A stretch of DNA of 64,000 nt, from positions 5,580,001 to 5,644,000 of the forward strand of contig OZ024745.1 of assembly GCA_964016885.1 (NCBI GenBank), written 5' to 3'. The notes below the pieces were generated by a model. The model ran no database searches and had not been told where the DNA came from. It was given only the letters and a program-made list of their open reading frames with translations. Of the stretch, positions 31,001 through 45,675 are shown piece after piece. A program made the position numbers and the translations under genes. The stretch is from Eledone cirrhosa (Eukaryota). Positions within the stretch are counted from its first letter, which is position 1. Every line of letters begins with the position of its first letter.

Positions 31001-34000
31001 ACGACGACATACATTTGGTCATTATAAACTATGAGAACATTTGGTCGTTATAAACTATGGCAACACTTGGTCGTTATAAACTATGACAACATACATTTGG
31101 TCGTTATAAACTATGACAACATTTGGTCGTTATAAACAATGACAACATACATTTGGTCGTTATAAACTATGACAACATTTGGTCGTTATAAACTATGACA
31201 ACATACATTTGGTCGTTATAAACTATGACAACATTTGGTCGTTATAAACTATGACAGCATTTGGTCGTTATAAACTATGACAACATACATTTGGTCGTTA
31301 TAAACAATGACAACATTTGGTCGTTATAAACAATGACAACATTTGATCGTTATAAACTATGAGAACATATGGTCGTTATAAACTATGACAACATTTGATC
31401 GTTATAAACTATGACAACATTTGGTCGTTATAAACTATGGCAACACTTGGTCGTTATAAACTATGATAACATACATTTGGTTGTTATAAACTATGGCAAC
31501 ATTTGGTCGTTATAAACTATGACAACATTTGGTCGTTATAAACTATGGCAACACTTGGTCGTTATAAACTATGGCAACATACATTTGGTCGTTATAAACT
31601 ATGACAACATACATTAGGTCGTTAAAAACTATGACAACATTTGGTCGTTATAAACTAAGACAACATTTGGTCGTTATAAACTATGACAACATACATTTTG
31701 TCGTTATAAACTATGGCAACATACATTTGGTCGTTATAAACTATGACAACATTTGGTCGTTATAAACAATCACTACATACATTTGGTCGTTATAAACTAT
31801 GACAACCTTTGGTCGTTATAAACTATGGCAACACTTGGTCGTTATAAACTATGACAACATATATTTGATCGTTATAAACAATGACAACATTTGGTCGTTA
31901 TAAACAATGACAACATTTGATCGTTATAAACTATGACAACATTTGGTCGTAATAAACTATGGCAAGACTTGGTCGTTATAAACTATGACAACCTACATTT
32001 CGTCGTTATAAACTATGACAACATTTGGTCGTTATGAACTATGACAACATACATTTGGTCGTTATAAATTATGACAATATTTGGTCGTTATAAACTATGA
32101 GAACAAACATTTGGTCGTTATAAACTATGACAACATACATTTGGTCGTTATAAACTATAACAACATTTGGTCGTTATAAACTATGACAACATACATTTGG
32201 TCGATATAAACTATGGCAACATTTGGTCGTTATAAACTATGACAACATTTGGTCGTTATAAACTATAGCAACACTTGGTCGTTATAAACTATGACAACAT
32301 ACATTTGGTCGTTATAAACTATGGCAACATTTGGTCGTTATAAACTATGACAACATTTGGTCGTTATAAACTATAGCAACACTTGGTCGTTATAAACTAT
32401 GGCAACATACATTTGGGCGTTATAAACTATGACAACATACATTAGGTCGTTAAAAACTATGACAACATTTGGTCGTTATAAACTATGACAACATTTGGTC
32501 GTTATAAACTATGACAACATACATTTTGTCGTTATAAACTATGGCAACATACATTTGGTCGTTATAAACTATGACAATATTTGGTCGTTATAAACTATGA
32601 CAACATTTGGTCGTTATAAACAATCACTACATACATTTGGTCGTTATAAACTATGACAACCTTTGGTCGTTATAAACTATGGCAACACTTGGTCGTTATA
32701 AACTATGACAACATACATTTGATCGTTATAAACAATGACAACATTTGGTCGTTATAAACAATGACAACATTTGATCGTTATAAACTATGACAACATTTGG
32801 TCGTAATAAACTATGGCAACACTTGGTCGTTATAAACTATGACAACCTACATTTCGTCGTTATAAACTATGACAACATTTGGTCGTTATAAACTATGACA
32901 ACATACATTTAGTCGTTATAAACTATGACAACATTTGGTCGTTATAAACTATGACAACATACATTTAGTCGTTATAAACTATGACAACATTTGGTCGTTA
33001 TAAACTACGACAACATACATTTGGTCATTATAAACTATGAGAACATTTGGTCGTTATAAACAATGGCAACACTTGGTCGTTATAAACTATGACAACATAC
33101 ATTTGGTCGTTATAAACTATGACAACATTTGGTCGTTATAAACAATGACAACATACATTTGGTCGTTATAAACTATGACAACATTTGGTCGTTATAAACT
33201 ATGACAACATACATTTGGTCGTTATAAACTATGACAACATTTGGTCGTTATAAACTATGACAGCATTTGGTCGTTATAAACTATGACAACATACATTTGG
33301 TCGTTATAAACTATGACAACATACATTTGGTCGTTATAAACAATGACAACATTTGGTCGTTATAAACTATGACAACGTTTGATCGTTATAAACTATGACA
33401 ACATACATTAGGTCGTTATAAACTATGGCAACACTTGGTCGTTATAAACTATGACAATATACATTAGGTCGTTATAAACTATGACAACATTTGGTCGTTA
33501 TAAACTATGACAACATACATTTGGTCGTTATAAACTGGCAACATTTGGTTGTTATAAACTATGACAACATACATTTTGTCGTTATAAACAATGACAACAT
33601 TTGGTCGTTATAAACAATGACAACATTTGATCGTTATAAACTATGAGAACATATGGTCGTTATAAACTATGACAACATTTGATCGTTATAAACTATGAGA
33701 ACATTTGGTCGTTATAAACTATGACAACATTTGATCGTTATAAACTATGAGAACATTTGGTCGTTATAAACAATGACAACATTTGATCGTTATAAACTAT
33801 GACAACATACATTTGGTCGTAATAAACTATGACAACAGTTGATTGTTATAAACTATGACAACATTTGGCCGTTATAAACTATGACAAAGTACATTTGGTG
33901 GTTATAAACTATGGCAACATTTGGTCGTTATAAACTATGACAACATTTGACCGTTATAAACTATGACAACATTTGGTCGTTATAAACTATGACCACATAC

Positions 34001-34850
34001 ATTTGGTCGTTATAAACTATAAAAACATTTGGTCGTTATAAACTATGACAACATTTGGTCGTTATAAACTATGGCAACATTCGGTCGTTATAAACTATGA
34101 CAACATACATTTGGTCGTTATAAACTATGGCAACATACATTTGGTCGTTATAAACTATGACAACATTTGGTCGTTATAAACTATGACAACATACATTTGG
34201 TCGTTATAAACTATGACAACATACATTTGGTCGTTATAAACTATGACAACATACATTTGGTCGTTATAAACTATGGCAACATACATTTGGTCGTTATAAA
34301 CTATGACAACATTTGGCCGTTATAAACTATGACAACATACATTTGGTCGTTATAAACTATGACAACATACATTTGGTCGTTATAAACTATGACAACATAC
34401 ATTTGGACGTTATAAACTATGACAACATTTGGTCGTTATAAACTAAGACAACATACATTTGGTCGTTATAAACTATGACATCATACATTTGAACGTTATA
34501 AACTATGACAACATACATTAGTTCGTTCTAAACTATGACAACATTTGGTCGTTATAAACTAAGACAACATAGATTTGTTCGTTATAAACTATGACAACAT
34601 TTGGTCGTTATAAACTATGACAACATTTGGTCGTTATAAACTATGACAACATTTGGTCGTTATAAACTATGACAACATACATTTGGTCGTTATAAACTAT
34701 GACAACATTTGGCCGTTATAAACTATGACAACATTTGGTCGTTATAAACTATGACAACTTTTGGTCGTTATGAACTATGACAACATACATTTGGTCGTTA
34801 TAAACTATGACAACATACAGTTGGTCGTTATAAACTATAACAACATTTGG
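19057..34850. repeat. ~6.1-kb tandem unit in about 2.6 copies (~19057-25202, ~25203-31266, ~31267-34850)
   Basis: GAGAACATAT at 19151/25297/31361 (offsets 6146, 6064), GGCAAGACTT at 19751/25897/31961, GACTTCAT at 21513/27577 and GACAAGGTTT at 24035/30099. Confidence 0.9.
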
Positions 34851-36120
34851 TCGTTATAACCTATGACAACATTTGGTCGTTATAAACTATGACAACATTT
34901 GGTCGTTATAAACTATGACAACATACATTTGGTCGTTATAAACTATGACAACATTTGGTCGGTATAAACTATGACAACATACATTTGGACGTTATAAACT
35001 ATGACAACTTTTGGTCGTTATAAACTATGACAACATACATTTCGTCGTTATAAACTATGGCAACATTTGGTCGTTATAAACTATGACAACATTTGATCGT
35101 TATAAACTATGACAACATACATTTGGTCGTAATAAACTATGACAACATACATTTGGTCGTTATAAACTATGACAACATACAGTTGGTCGTTATAAACTAT
35201 AACAACATTTGGTCGTTATAAACAATGACAACAGTTGATCGTTATAAACTATGACAACGTTTAGTCGTTATAAACTATCACAACATACATTTGGTCGTTA
35301 TAAACTATGACAACATTTGGTCGTTATAAACTATGACAATATACATTAGGTCGTTATAAACTATGACAACATTTGGCCGTTATAAACTATGACAAATTAC
35401 ATTTGGTGGTTATAAACTATGGCAACATTTGGTCGTTATAAACTATGACAACATTTGACCGTTATAAACTATGACAACATTTGGTCGTTATAAACTATGA
35501 CCACATACATTTGGTCGTTATAAACTATAAAAACATTTGGTCGTTATAAACTATGACAACATTTGGTCGTTATAAACTATGGCAACATTCGGTCCTTATA
35601 AACTATGACAACATACATTTGGTCGTTATAAACTATGGCAACATACATTTGGTCGTTATAAACTATGACAACATTTGGTCGTTATAAACTATGACAACAT
35701 ACATTTGGTCGTTATAAACTATGACAACATACATTTGGTCGTTATAAACTATGACAACATACATTTGGTCGTTATAAACTATGGCAACATACATTTGGTC
35801 GTTATAAACTATGACAACATTTGGCCGTTATAAACTATGACAACATACATTTGGTCGTTATAAACTATGACAACATACATTTGGTCGTTATAAACTATGA
35901 CAACATACATTTGGACGTTATAAACTATGACAACATTTGGTCGTTATAAACTATGACAACATACATTTGGTCGTTATAAACTATGACATCATACATTTGA
36001 ACGTTATAAACTATGACAACATACATTAGTTCGTTATAAACTATGACAACATTTGGTCGTTATAAACTATGACAACATAGATTAGTTCGTTATAAACTAT
36101 GACAACATTTGGTCGTTATA

Positions 36121-39100
36121 AATTATGACAACATTTGGTTGTTATAAACTATGACAACATTTGGGCGTTATAAACTATGACAACATACATTTGGTCGTTA
36201 TAAACTATGACAACATTTGGCCGTTATAAACTATGACAACATTTGGTCGTTATAAACTATGACAACTTTTGGTCGTTATGAACTATGACAACATACATTT
36301 GGTCGTTATAAACTATGACAACATACAGTTGGTCGTTATAAACTATAACAACATTTGGTCGTTATAAACTATGACAACATTTGGTCGTTATAAACTATGA
36401 CAACATTTGGTCGTTATAAACTATGACAACATTTGGTGGGTATAAACTATGACAACATACATTTGGACGTTATAAACTATGACAACTTTTGGTCGTTATA
36501 AACTATGACAACATACATTTCGTCGTTATAAACTATGGCAACATTTGGTCGTTATAAACTATGACAACATTTGGTCGTTATGAACTATGACAACATACAT
36601 TTGGTCGTTATAAACTATAACAACATTTGGTCGTTATAAACTATGACAACATACATTTGGTCGATATAAACTATGACAACCTTTGGTCGTTATAAACTAT
36701 GGCAACACTTGGTCGTTATAAACTATGACAACATACATTTGATCGTTATAAACAATGACAACATTTGGTCGTTATAAACAATGACAACATTTGATCGTTA
36801 TAAACTATGACAACATTTGGTCGTAATAAACTATGGCAACACTTGGTCGTTATAAACTATGACAACCTACATTTCGTCGTTATAAACTATGACAACATTT
36901 GGTCGTTATAAACTATGACAACATACATTTAGTCGTTATAAACTATGACAACATTTGGTCGTTATAAACTATGACAACATTTGGTCGTTATGAACTATGA
37001 CAACATACATTTGGTCGTTATAAATTATGACAACATTTGGTCGTTATAAACTATGAGAACAAACATTTGGTCGTTATAAACTATGACAACATACATTTGG
37101 TCGTTATAAACTATAACAACATTTGGTCGTTATAAACTATGACAACATACATTTGGTCGATATAAACTATGGCAACATTTGGTCGTTATAAACTATGACA
37201 ACATTTGGTCGTTATAAACTATGGCAACACTTGGTCGTTATAAACTATGACAACATACATTTGGTCGTTATAAACTATGGCAACATTTGGTCGTTATAAA
37301 CTATGACAACATTTGGTCGTTATAAACTATAGCAACACTTGGTCGTTATAAACTATGGCAACATACATTTGGTCGTTATAAACTATGACAACATACATTA
37401 GGTCGTTAAAAACTATGACACCATTTGGTCGTTATAAACTATGACAACATTTGGTCGTTATAAACTATGACAACATACATTTTGTCGTTATAAACTATGG
37501 CAACATACATTTGGTCGTTATAAACTATGACAACATTTGGTCGTTATAAACTATGACAACATTTGGTCGTTATAAACAATCACTACATACATTTGGTCGT
37601 TATAAACTATGACAACCTTTGGTCGTTATAAACTATGGCAACACTTGGTCGTTATAAACTATGACAACATACATTTGATCGTTATAAACAATGACAACAT
37701 TTGGTCGTTATAAACAATGACAACATTTGATCGTTATAAACTATGACAACATTTGGTCGTAATAAACTATGGCAACACTTGGTCGTTATAAACTATGACA
37801 ACCTACATTTCGTCGTTATAAACTATGACAACATTTGGTCGTTATAAACTATGACAACAAACATTTGGTCGTTATAAACTATGACATCATACATTTGAAC
37901 GTTATAAACTATGACAACATACATTAGTTCGTTATAAACTATGACAACATTTGGTCGTTATAAACTATGACAACATAGATTTGTTCGTTATAAACTATGA
38001 CAACATTTGGTCGTTATAAACTATGACAACATTTGGTCGTTATAAACTATGACAACATTTGGTCGTTATAAACTATGACAACATACATTTGGTCGTTATA
38101 AACTATGACAACATTTGGCCGTTATAAACTATGACAACATTTGGTCGTTATAAACTATGACAACTTTTGGTCGTTATGAACTATGACAACATACATTTGG
38201 TCGTTATAAACTATGACAACATACAGTTGGTCGTTATAAACTATAACAACATTTGGTCGTTATAAACTATGACAACATTTGGTCGTTATAAACTATGACA
38301 ACATTTGGTCGTTATAAACTATGACAACATACATTTGGTCGTTATAAACTATGACAATATTTGGTCGGTATAAACTATGACAACATACATTTGGACGTTA
38401 TAAACTATGACAACTTTTGGTCGTTATAAACTATGACAACATACATTTCGTCGTTATAAACTATGGCAACATTTGGTCGTTATAAACTATGACAACATTT
38501 GATCGTTATAAACTATGACAACATACATTTGGTCGTAATAAACTATGACAACATTTGGTCGTTATAAACAATGACAACAGTTGATCGTTATAAACTATGA
38601 CAACGTTTAGTCGTTATAAACTATCACAACATACATTTGGTCGTTATAAACTATGACAACATTTGGTCGTTATAAACTATGACAATATACATTAGGTCGT
38701 TATAAACTATGACAACATTTGGCCGTTATAAACTATGACAAAGTACATTTGGTGGTTATAAACTATGGCAACATTTGGTCGTTATAAACTATGACAACAT
38801 TTGACCGTTATAAACTATGACAACATTTGGTCGTTATAAACTATGACCACATACATTTGGTCGTTATAAACTATAAAAACATTTGGTCGTTATAAACTAT
38901 GACAACATTTGGTCGTTATAAAATATGGCAACATTCGGTCGTTATAAACTATGACAACATACATTTGGTCGTTATAAACTATGGCAACATACATTTGGTC
39001 GTTATAAACTATGACAACATTTGGTCGTTATAAACTATGACAACATACATTTGGTCGTTATAAACTATGACAACATACATTTGGTCGTTATAAACTATGA

Positions 39101-42100
39101 CAACATACATTTGGTCGTTATAAACTATGGCAACATACATTTGGTGTTATAAACTATGACAACATTTGGCCGTTATAAACTATGACAACATACATTTGGT
39201 CGTTATAAACTATGACAACATACATTTGGTCGTTATAAACTATGACAACATACATTTGGACGTTATAAACTATGACAACATTTGGTCGTTATAAACTATG
39301 ACAACATACATTTGGTCGTTATAAACTATGACATCATACATTTGAACGTTATAAACTATGACAACATACATTAGTTCGTTATAAACTATGACAACATTTG
39401 GTCGTTATAAACTATGACAACATAGATTAGTTCGTTATAAACTATGACAACATTTGGTCGTTATAAACTATGACAACATTTGGTCGTTATAAACTATGAC
39501 AACATTTGGTCGTTATAAACTATGACAACATACATTTGGTCGTTATAAACTATGACAACATTTGGCCGTTATAAACTATGACAACATTTGGTCGTTATAA
39601 ACTATGACAACTTTTGGTCGTTATGAACTATGACAACATACATTTGGTCGTTATAAACTATGACAACATACAGTTGGTCGTTATAAACTATAACAAAATT
39701 TGGTCGTTATAAACTATGACAACATTTGGTCGTTATAAACTATGACAACATTTGGTCGTTATAAACTATGACAACATACATTTGGTCGTTATAAACTATG
39801 ACAACATTTGGTGGGTATAAACTATGACAACATACATTTGGACGTTATAAACTATGACAACTTTTGGTCGTTATAAACTATGACAACATACATTTCGTCG
39901 TTATAAACTATGGCAACATTTGGTCGTTATAAACTATGACAACATTTGGTCGTTATGAACTATGACAACATACATTTGGTCGTTATAAATTATGACAACA
40001 TTTGGTCGTTATAAACTATGAGAACAAACATTTGGTCGTTATAAACTATGACAACATACATTTGGTCGTTATAAACTATAACAACATTTGGTCGTTAGAA
40101 ACTATGACAACATACATTTGGTCGATATGAACTATGGCAACATTTGGTCGTTATAAACTATGACAACATTTGGTCGTTATAAACTATGGCAACACTTGGT
40201 CGTTATAAACTATGATAACATACATTTGGTTGTTATAAACTATGGCAACATTTGGTCGTTATAAACTATGACAACATTTGGTCGTTATAAACTATGGCAA
40301 CACTTGGTCGTTATAAACTATGGCAACATACATTTGGTCGTTATAAACTATGACAACATACATTAGGTCGTTAAAAACTATGACAACATTTGGTCGTTAT
40401 AAACTAAGACAACATTTGGTCGTTATAAACTATGACAACATACATTTTGTCGTTATAAACTATGGCAACATACATTTGGTCGTTATAAACTATGACAACA
40501 TTTGGTCGTTATAAACAATCACTACATACATTTGGTCGTTATAAACTATGACAACCTTTGGTCGTTATAAACTATGGCAACACTTGGTCGTTATAAACTA
40601 TGACAACATATATTTGATCGTTATAAACAATGACAACATTTGGTCGTTATAAACAATGACAACATTTGATCGTTATAAACTATGACAACATTTGGTCGTA
40701 ATAAACTATGGCAAGACTTGGTCGTTATAAACTATGACAACCTACATTTCGTCGTTATAAACTATGACAACATTTGGTCGTTATAAACTATGACAACATA
40801 CATTTAGTCGTTATAAACTATGACAACATTTGGTCGTTATAAACTATGACAACATTTGGTCGTTATGAACTATGACAACATACATTTGGTCGTTATAAAT
40901 TATGACAACATTTGGTTGTTATAAACTATGACAACATTTGGGCGTTATAAACTATGACAACATACATTTGGTCGTTATAAACTATGACAACATTTGGCCG
41001 TTATAAACTATGACAACATTTGGTCGTTATAAACTATGACAACTTTTGGTCGTTATGAACTATGACAACATACATTTGGTCGTTATAAACTATGACAACA
41101 TACAGTTGGTCGTTATAAACTATAACAACATTTGGTCGTTATAAACTATGACAACATTTGGTCGTTATAAACTATGACAACATTTGGTCGTTATAAACTA
41201 TGACAACATTTGGTGGGTATAAACTATGACAACATACATTTGGACGTTATAAACTATGACAACTTTTGGTCGTTATAAACTATGACAACATACATTTCGT
41301 CGTTATAAACTATGGCAACATTTGGTCGTTATAAACTATGACAACATTTGGTCGTTATGAACTATGACAACATACATTTGGTCGTTATAAACTATAACAA
41401 CATTTGGTCGTTATAAACTATGACAACATACATTTGGTCGATATAAACTATGACAACCTTTGGTCGTTATAAACTATGGCAACACTTGGTCGTTATAAAC
41501 TATGACAACATACATTTGATCGTTATAAACAATGACAACATTTGGTCGTTATAAACAATGACAACATTTGATCGTTATAAACTATGACAACATTTGGTCG
41601 TAATAAACTATGGCAACACTTGGTCGTTATAAACTATGACAACCTACATTTCGTCGTTATAAACTATGACAACATTTGGTCGTTATAAACTATGACAACA
41701 TACATTTAGTCGTTATAAACTATGACAACATTTGGTCGTTATAAACTATGACAACATTTGGTCGTTATGAACTATGACAACATACATTTGGTCGTTATAA
41801 ATTATGACAACATTTGGTCGTTATAAACTATGAGAACAAACATTTGGTCGTTATAAACTATGACAACATACATTTGGTCGTTATAAACTATAACAACATT
41901 TGGTCGTTATAAACTATGACAACATACATTTGGTCGATATAAACTATGGCAACATTTGGTCGTTATAAACTATGACAACATTTGGTCGTTATAAACTATG
42001 GCAACACTTGGTCGTTATAAACTATGACAACATACATTTGGTCGTTATAAACTATGGCAACATTTGGTCGTTATAAACTATGACAACATTTGGTCGTTAT

Positions 42101-45100
42101 AAACTATAGCAACACTTGGTCGTTATAAACTATGGCAACATACATTTGGTCGTTATAAACTATGACAACATACATTAGGTCGTTAAAAACTATGACACCA
42201 TTTGGTCGTTATAAACTATGACAACATTTGGTCGTTATAAACTATGACAACATACATTTTGTCGTTATAAACTATGGCAACATACATTTGGTCGTTATAA
42301 ACTATGACAACATTTGGTCGTTATAAACTATGACAACATTTGGTCGTTATAAACAATCACTACATACATTTGGTCGTTATAAACTATGACAACCTTTGGT
42401 CGTTATAAACTATGGCAACACTTGGTCGTTATAAACTATGACAACATACATTTGATCGTTATAAACAATGACAACATTTGGTCGTTATAAACAATGACAA
42501 CATTTGATCGTTATAAACTATGACAACATTTGGTCGTAATAAACTATGGCAACACTTGGTCGTTATAAACTATGACAACCTACATTTCGTCGTTATAAAC
42601 TATGACAACATTTGGTCGTTATAAACTATGACAACAAACATTTGGTCGTTATAAACTATGACATCATACATTTGAACGTTATAAACTATGACAACATACA
42701 TTAGTTCGTTATAAACTATGACAACATTTGGTCGTTATAAACTATGACAACATAGATTTGTTCGTTATAAACTATGACAACATTTGGTCGTTATAAACTA
42801 TGACAACATTTGGTCGTTATAAACTATGACAACATTTGGTCGTTATAAACTATGACAACATACATTTGGTCGTTATAAACTATGACAACATTTGGCCGTT
42901 ATAAACTATGACAACATTTGGTCGTTATAAACTATGACAACTTTTGGTCGTTATGAACTATGACAACATACATTTGGTCGTTATAAACTATGACAACATA
43001 CAGTTGGTCGTTATAAACTATAACAACATTTGGTCGTTATAAACTATGACAACATTTGGTCGTTATAAACTATGACAACATTTGGTCGTTATAAACTATG
43101 ACAACATACATTTGGTCGTTATAAACTATGACAATATTTGGTCGGTATAAACTATGACAACATACATTTGGACGTTATAAACTATGACAACTTTTGGTCG
43201 TTATAAACTATGACAACATACATTTCGTCGTTATAAACTATGGCAACATTTGGTCGTTATAAACTATGACAACATTTGATCGTTATAAACTATGACAACA
43301 TACATTTGGTCGTAATAAACTATGACAACATTTGGTCGTTATAAACAATGACAACAGTTGATCGTTATAAACTATGACAACGTTTAGTCGTTATAAACTA
43401 TCACAACATACATTTGGTCGTTATAAACTATGACAACATTTGGTCGTTATAAACTATGACAATATACATTAGGTCGTTATAAACTATGACAACATTTGGC
43501 CGTTATAAACTATGACAAAGTACATTTGGTGGTTATAAACTATGGCAACATTTGGTCGTTATAAACTATGACAACATTTGACCGTTATAAACTATGACAA
43601 CATTTGGTCGTTATAAACTATGACCACATACATTTGGTCGTTATAAACTATAAAAACATTTGGTCGTTATAAACTATGACAACATTTGGTCGTTATAAAC
43701 TATGGCAACATTCGGTCGTTATAAACTATGACAACATACATTTGGTCGTTATAAACTATGGCAACATACATTTGGTCGTTATAAACTATGACAACATTTG
43801 GTCGTTATAAACTATGACAACATACATTTGGTCGTTATAAACTATGACAACATACATTTGGTCGTTATAAACTATGACAACATACATTTGGTCGTTATAA
43901 ACTATGGCAACATACATTTGGTGTTATAAACTATGACAACATTTGGCCGTTATAAACTATGACAACATACATTTGGTCGTTATAAACTATGACAACATAC
44001 ATTTGGTCGTTATAAACTATGACAACATACATTTGGACGTTATAAACTATGACAACATTTGGTCGTTATAAACTATGACAACATACATTTGGTCGTTATA
44101 AACTATGACATCATACATTTGAACGTTATAAACTATGACAACATACATTAGTTCGTTATAAACTATGACAACATTTGGTCGTTATAAACTATGACAACAT
44201 AGATTAGTTCGTTATAAACTATGACAACATTTGGTCGTTATAAACTATGACAACATTTGGTCGTTATAAACTATGACAACATTTGGTCGTTATAAACTAT
44301 GACAACATACATTTGGTCGTTATAAACTATGACAACATTTGGCCGTTATAAACTATGACAACATTTGGTCGTTATAAACTATGACAACTTTTGGTCGTTA
44401 TGAACTATGACAACATACATTTGGTCGTTATAAACTATGACAACATACAGTTGGTCGTTATAAACTATAACAAAATTTGGTCGTTATAAACTATGACAAC
44501 ATTTGGTCGTTATAAACTATGACAAAATTTGGTCGTTATAAACTATGACAACATACATTTGGTCGTTATAAACTATGACAACATTTGGTGGGTATAAACT
44601 ATGACAACATACATTTGGACGTTATAAACTATGACAACTTTTGGTCGTTATAAACTATGACAACATACATTTCGTCGTTATAAACTATGGCAACATTTGG
44701 TCGTTATAAACTATGACAACATTTGGTCGTTATGAACTATGACAACATACATTTGGTCGTTATAAATTATGACAACATTTGGTCGTTATAAACTATGAGA
44801 ACAAACATTTGGTCGTTATAAACTATGACAACATACATTTGGTCGTTATAAACTATAACAACATTTGGTCGTTAGAAACTATGACAACATACATTTGGTC
44901 GATATGAACTATGGCAACATTTGGTCGTTATAAACTATGACAACATTTGGTCGTTATAAACTATGGCAACACTTGGTCGTTATAAACTATGATAACATAC
45001 ATTTGGTTGTTATAAACTATGGCAACATTTGGTCGTTATAAACTATGACAACATTTGGTCGTTATAAACTATGGCAACACTTGGTCGTTATAAACTATGG

Positions 45101-45675
45101 CAACATACATTTGGTCGTTATAAACTATGACAACATACATTAGGTCGTTAAAAACTATGACAACATTTGGTCGTTATAAACTAAGACAACATTTGGTCGT
45201 TATAAACTATGACAACATACATTTTGTCGTTATAAACTATGGCAACATACATTTGGTCGTTATAAACTATGACAACATTTGGTCGTTATAAACAATCACT
45301 ACATACATTTGGTCGTTATAAACTATGACAACCTTTGGTCGTTATAAACTATGGCAACACTTGGTCGTTATAAACTATGACAACATATATTTGATCGTTA
45401 TAAACAATGACAACATTTGGTCGTTATAAACAATGACAACATTTGATCGTTATAAACTATGACAACATTTGGTCGTAATAAACTATGGCAAGACTTGGTC
45501 GTTATAAACTATGACAACCTACATTTCGTCGTTATAAACTATGACAACATTTGGTCGTTATAAACTATGACAACATACATTTAGTCGTTATAAACTATGA
45601 CAACATTTGGTCGTTATAAACTATGACAACATTTGGTCGTTATGAACTATGACAACATACATTTGGTCGTTATAA
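36121..45675. repeat. Near-identical 4,777-bp tandem duplication (junction ~40898)
   Basis: Offset 4777 for GACACCA (37417/42194), GACCAC (38845/43622), the GGTGTTA deletion (39143/43920) and GGCAAGACTT (40710/45487). Confidence 0.92.
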
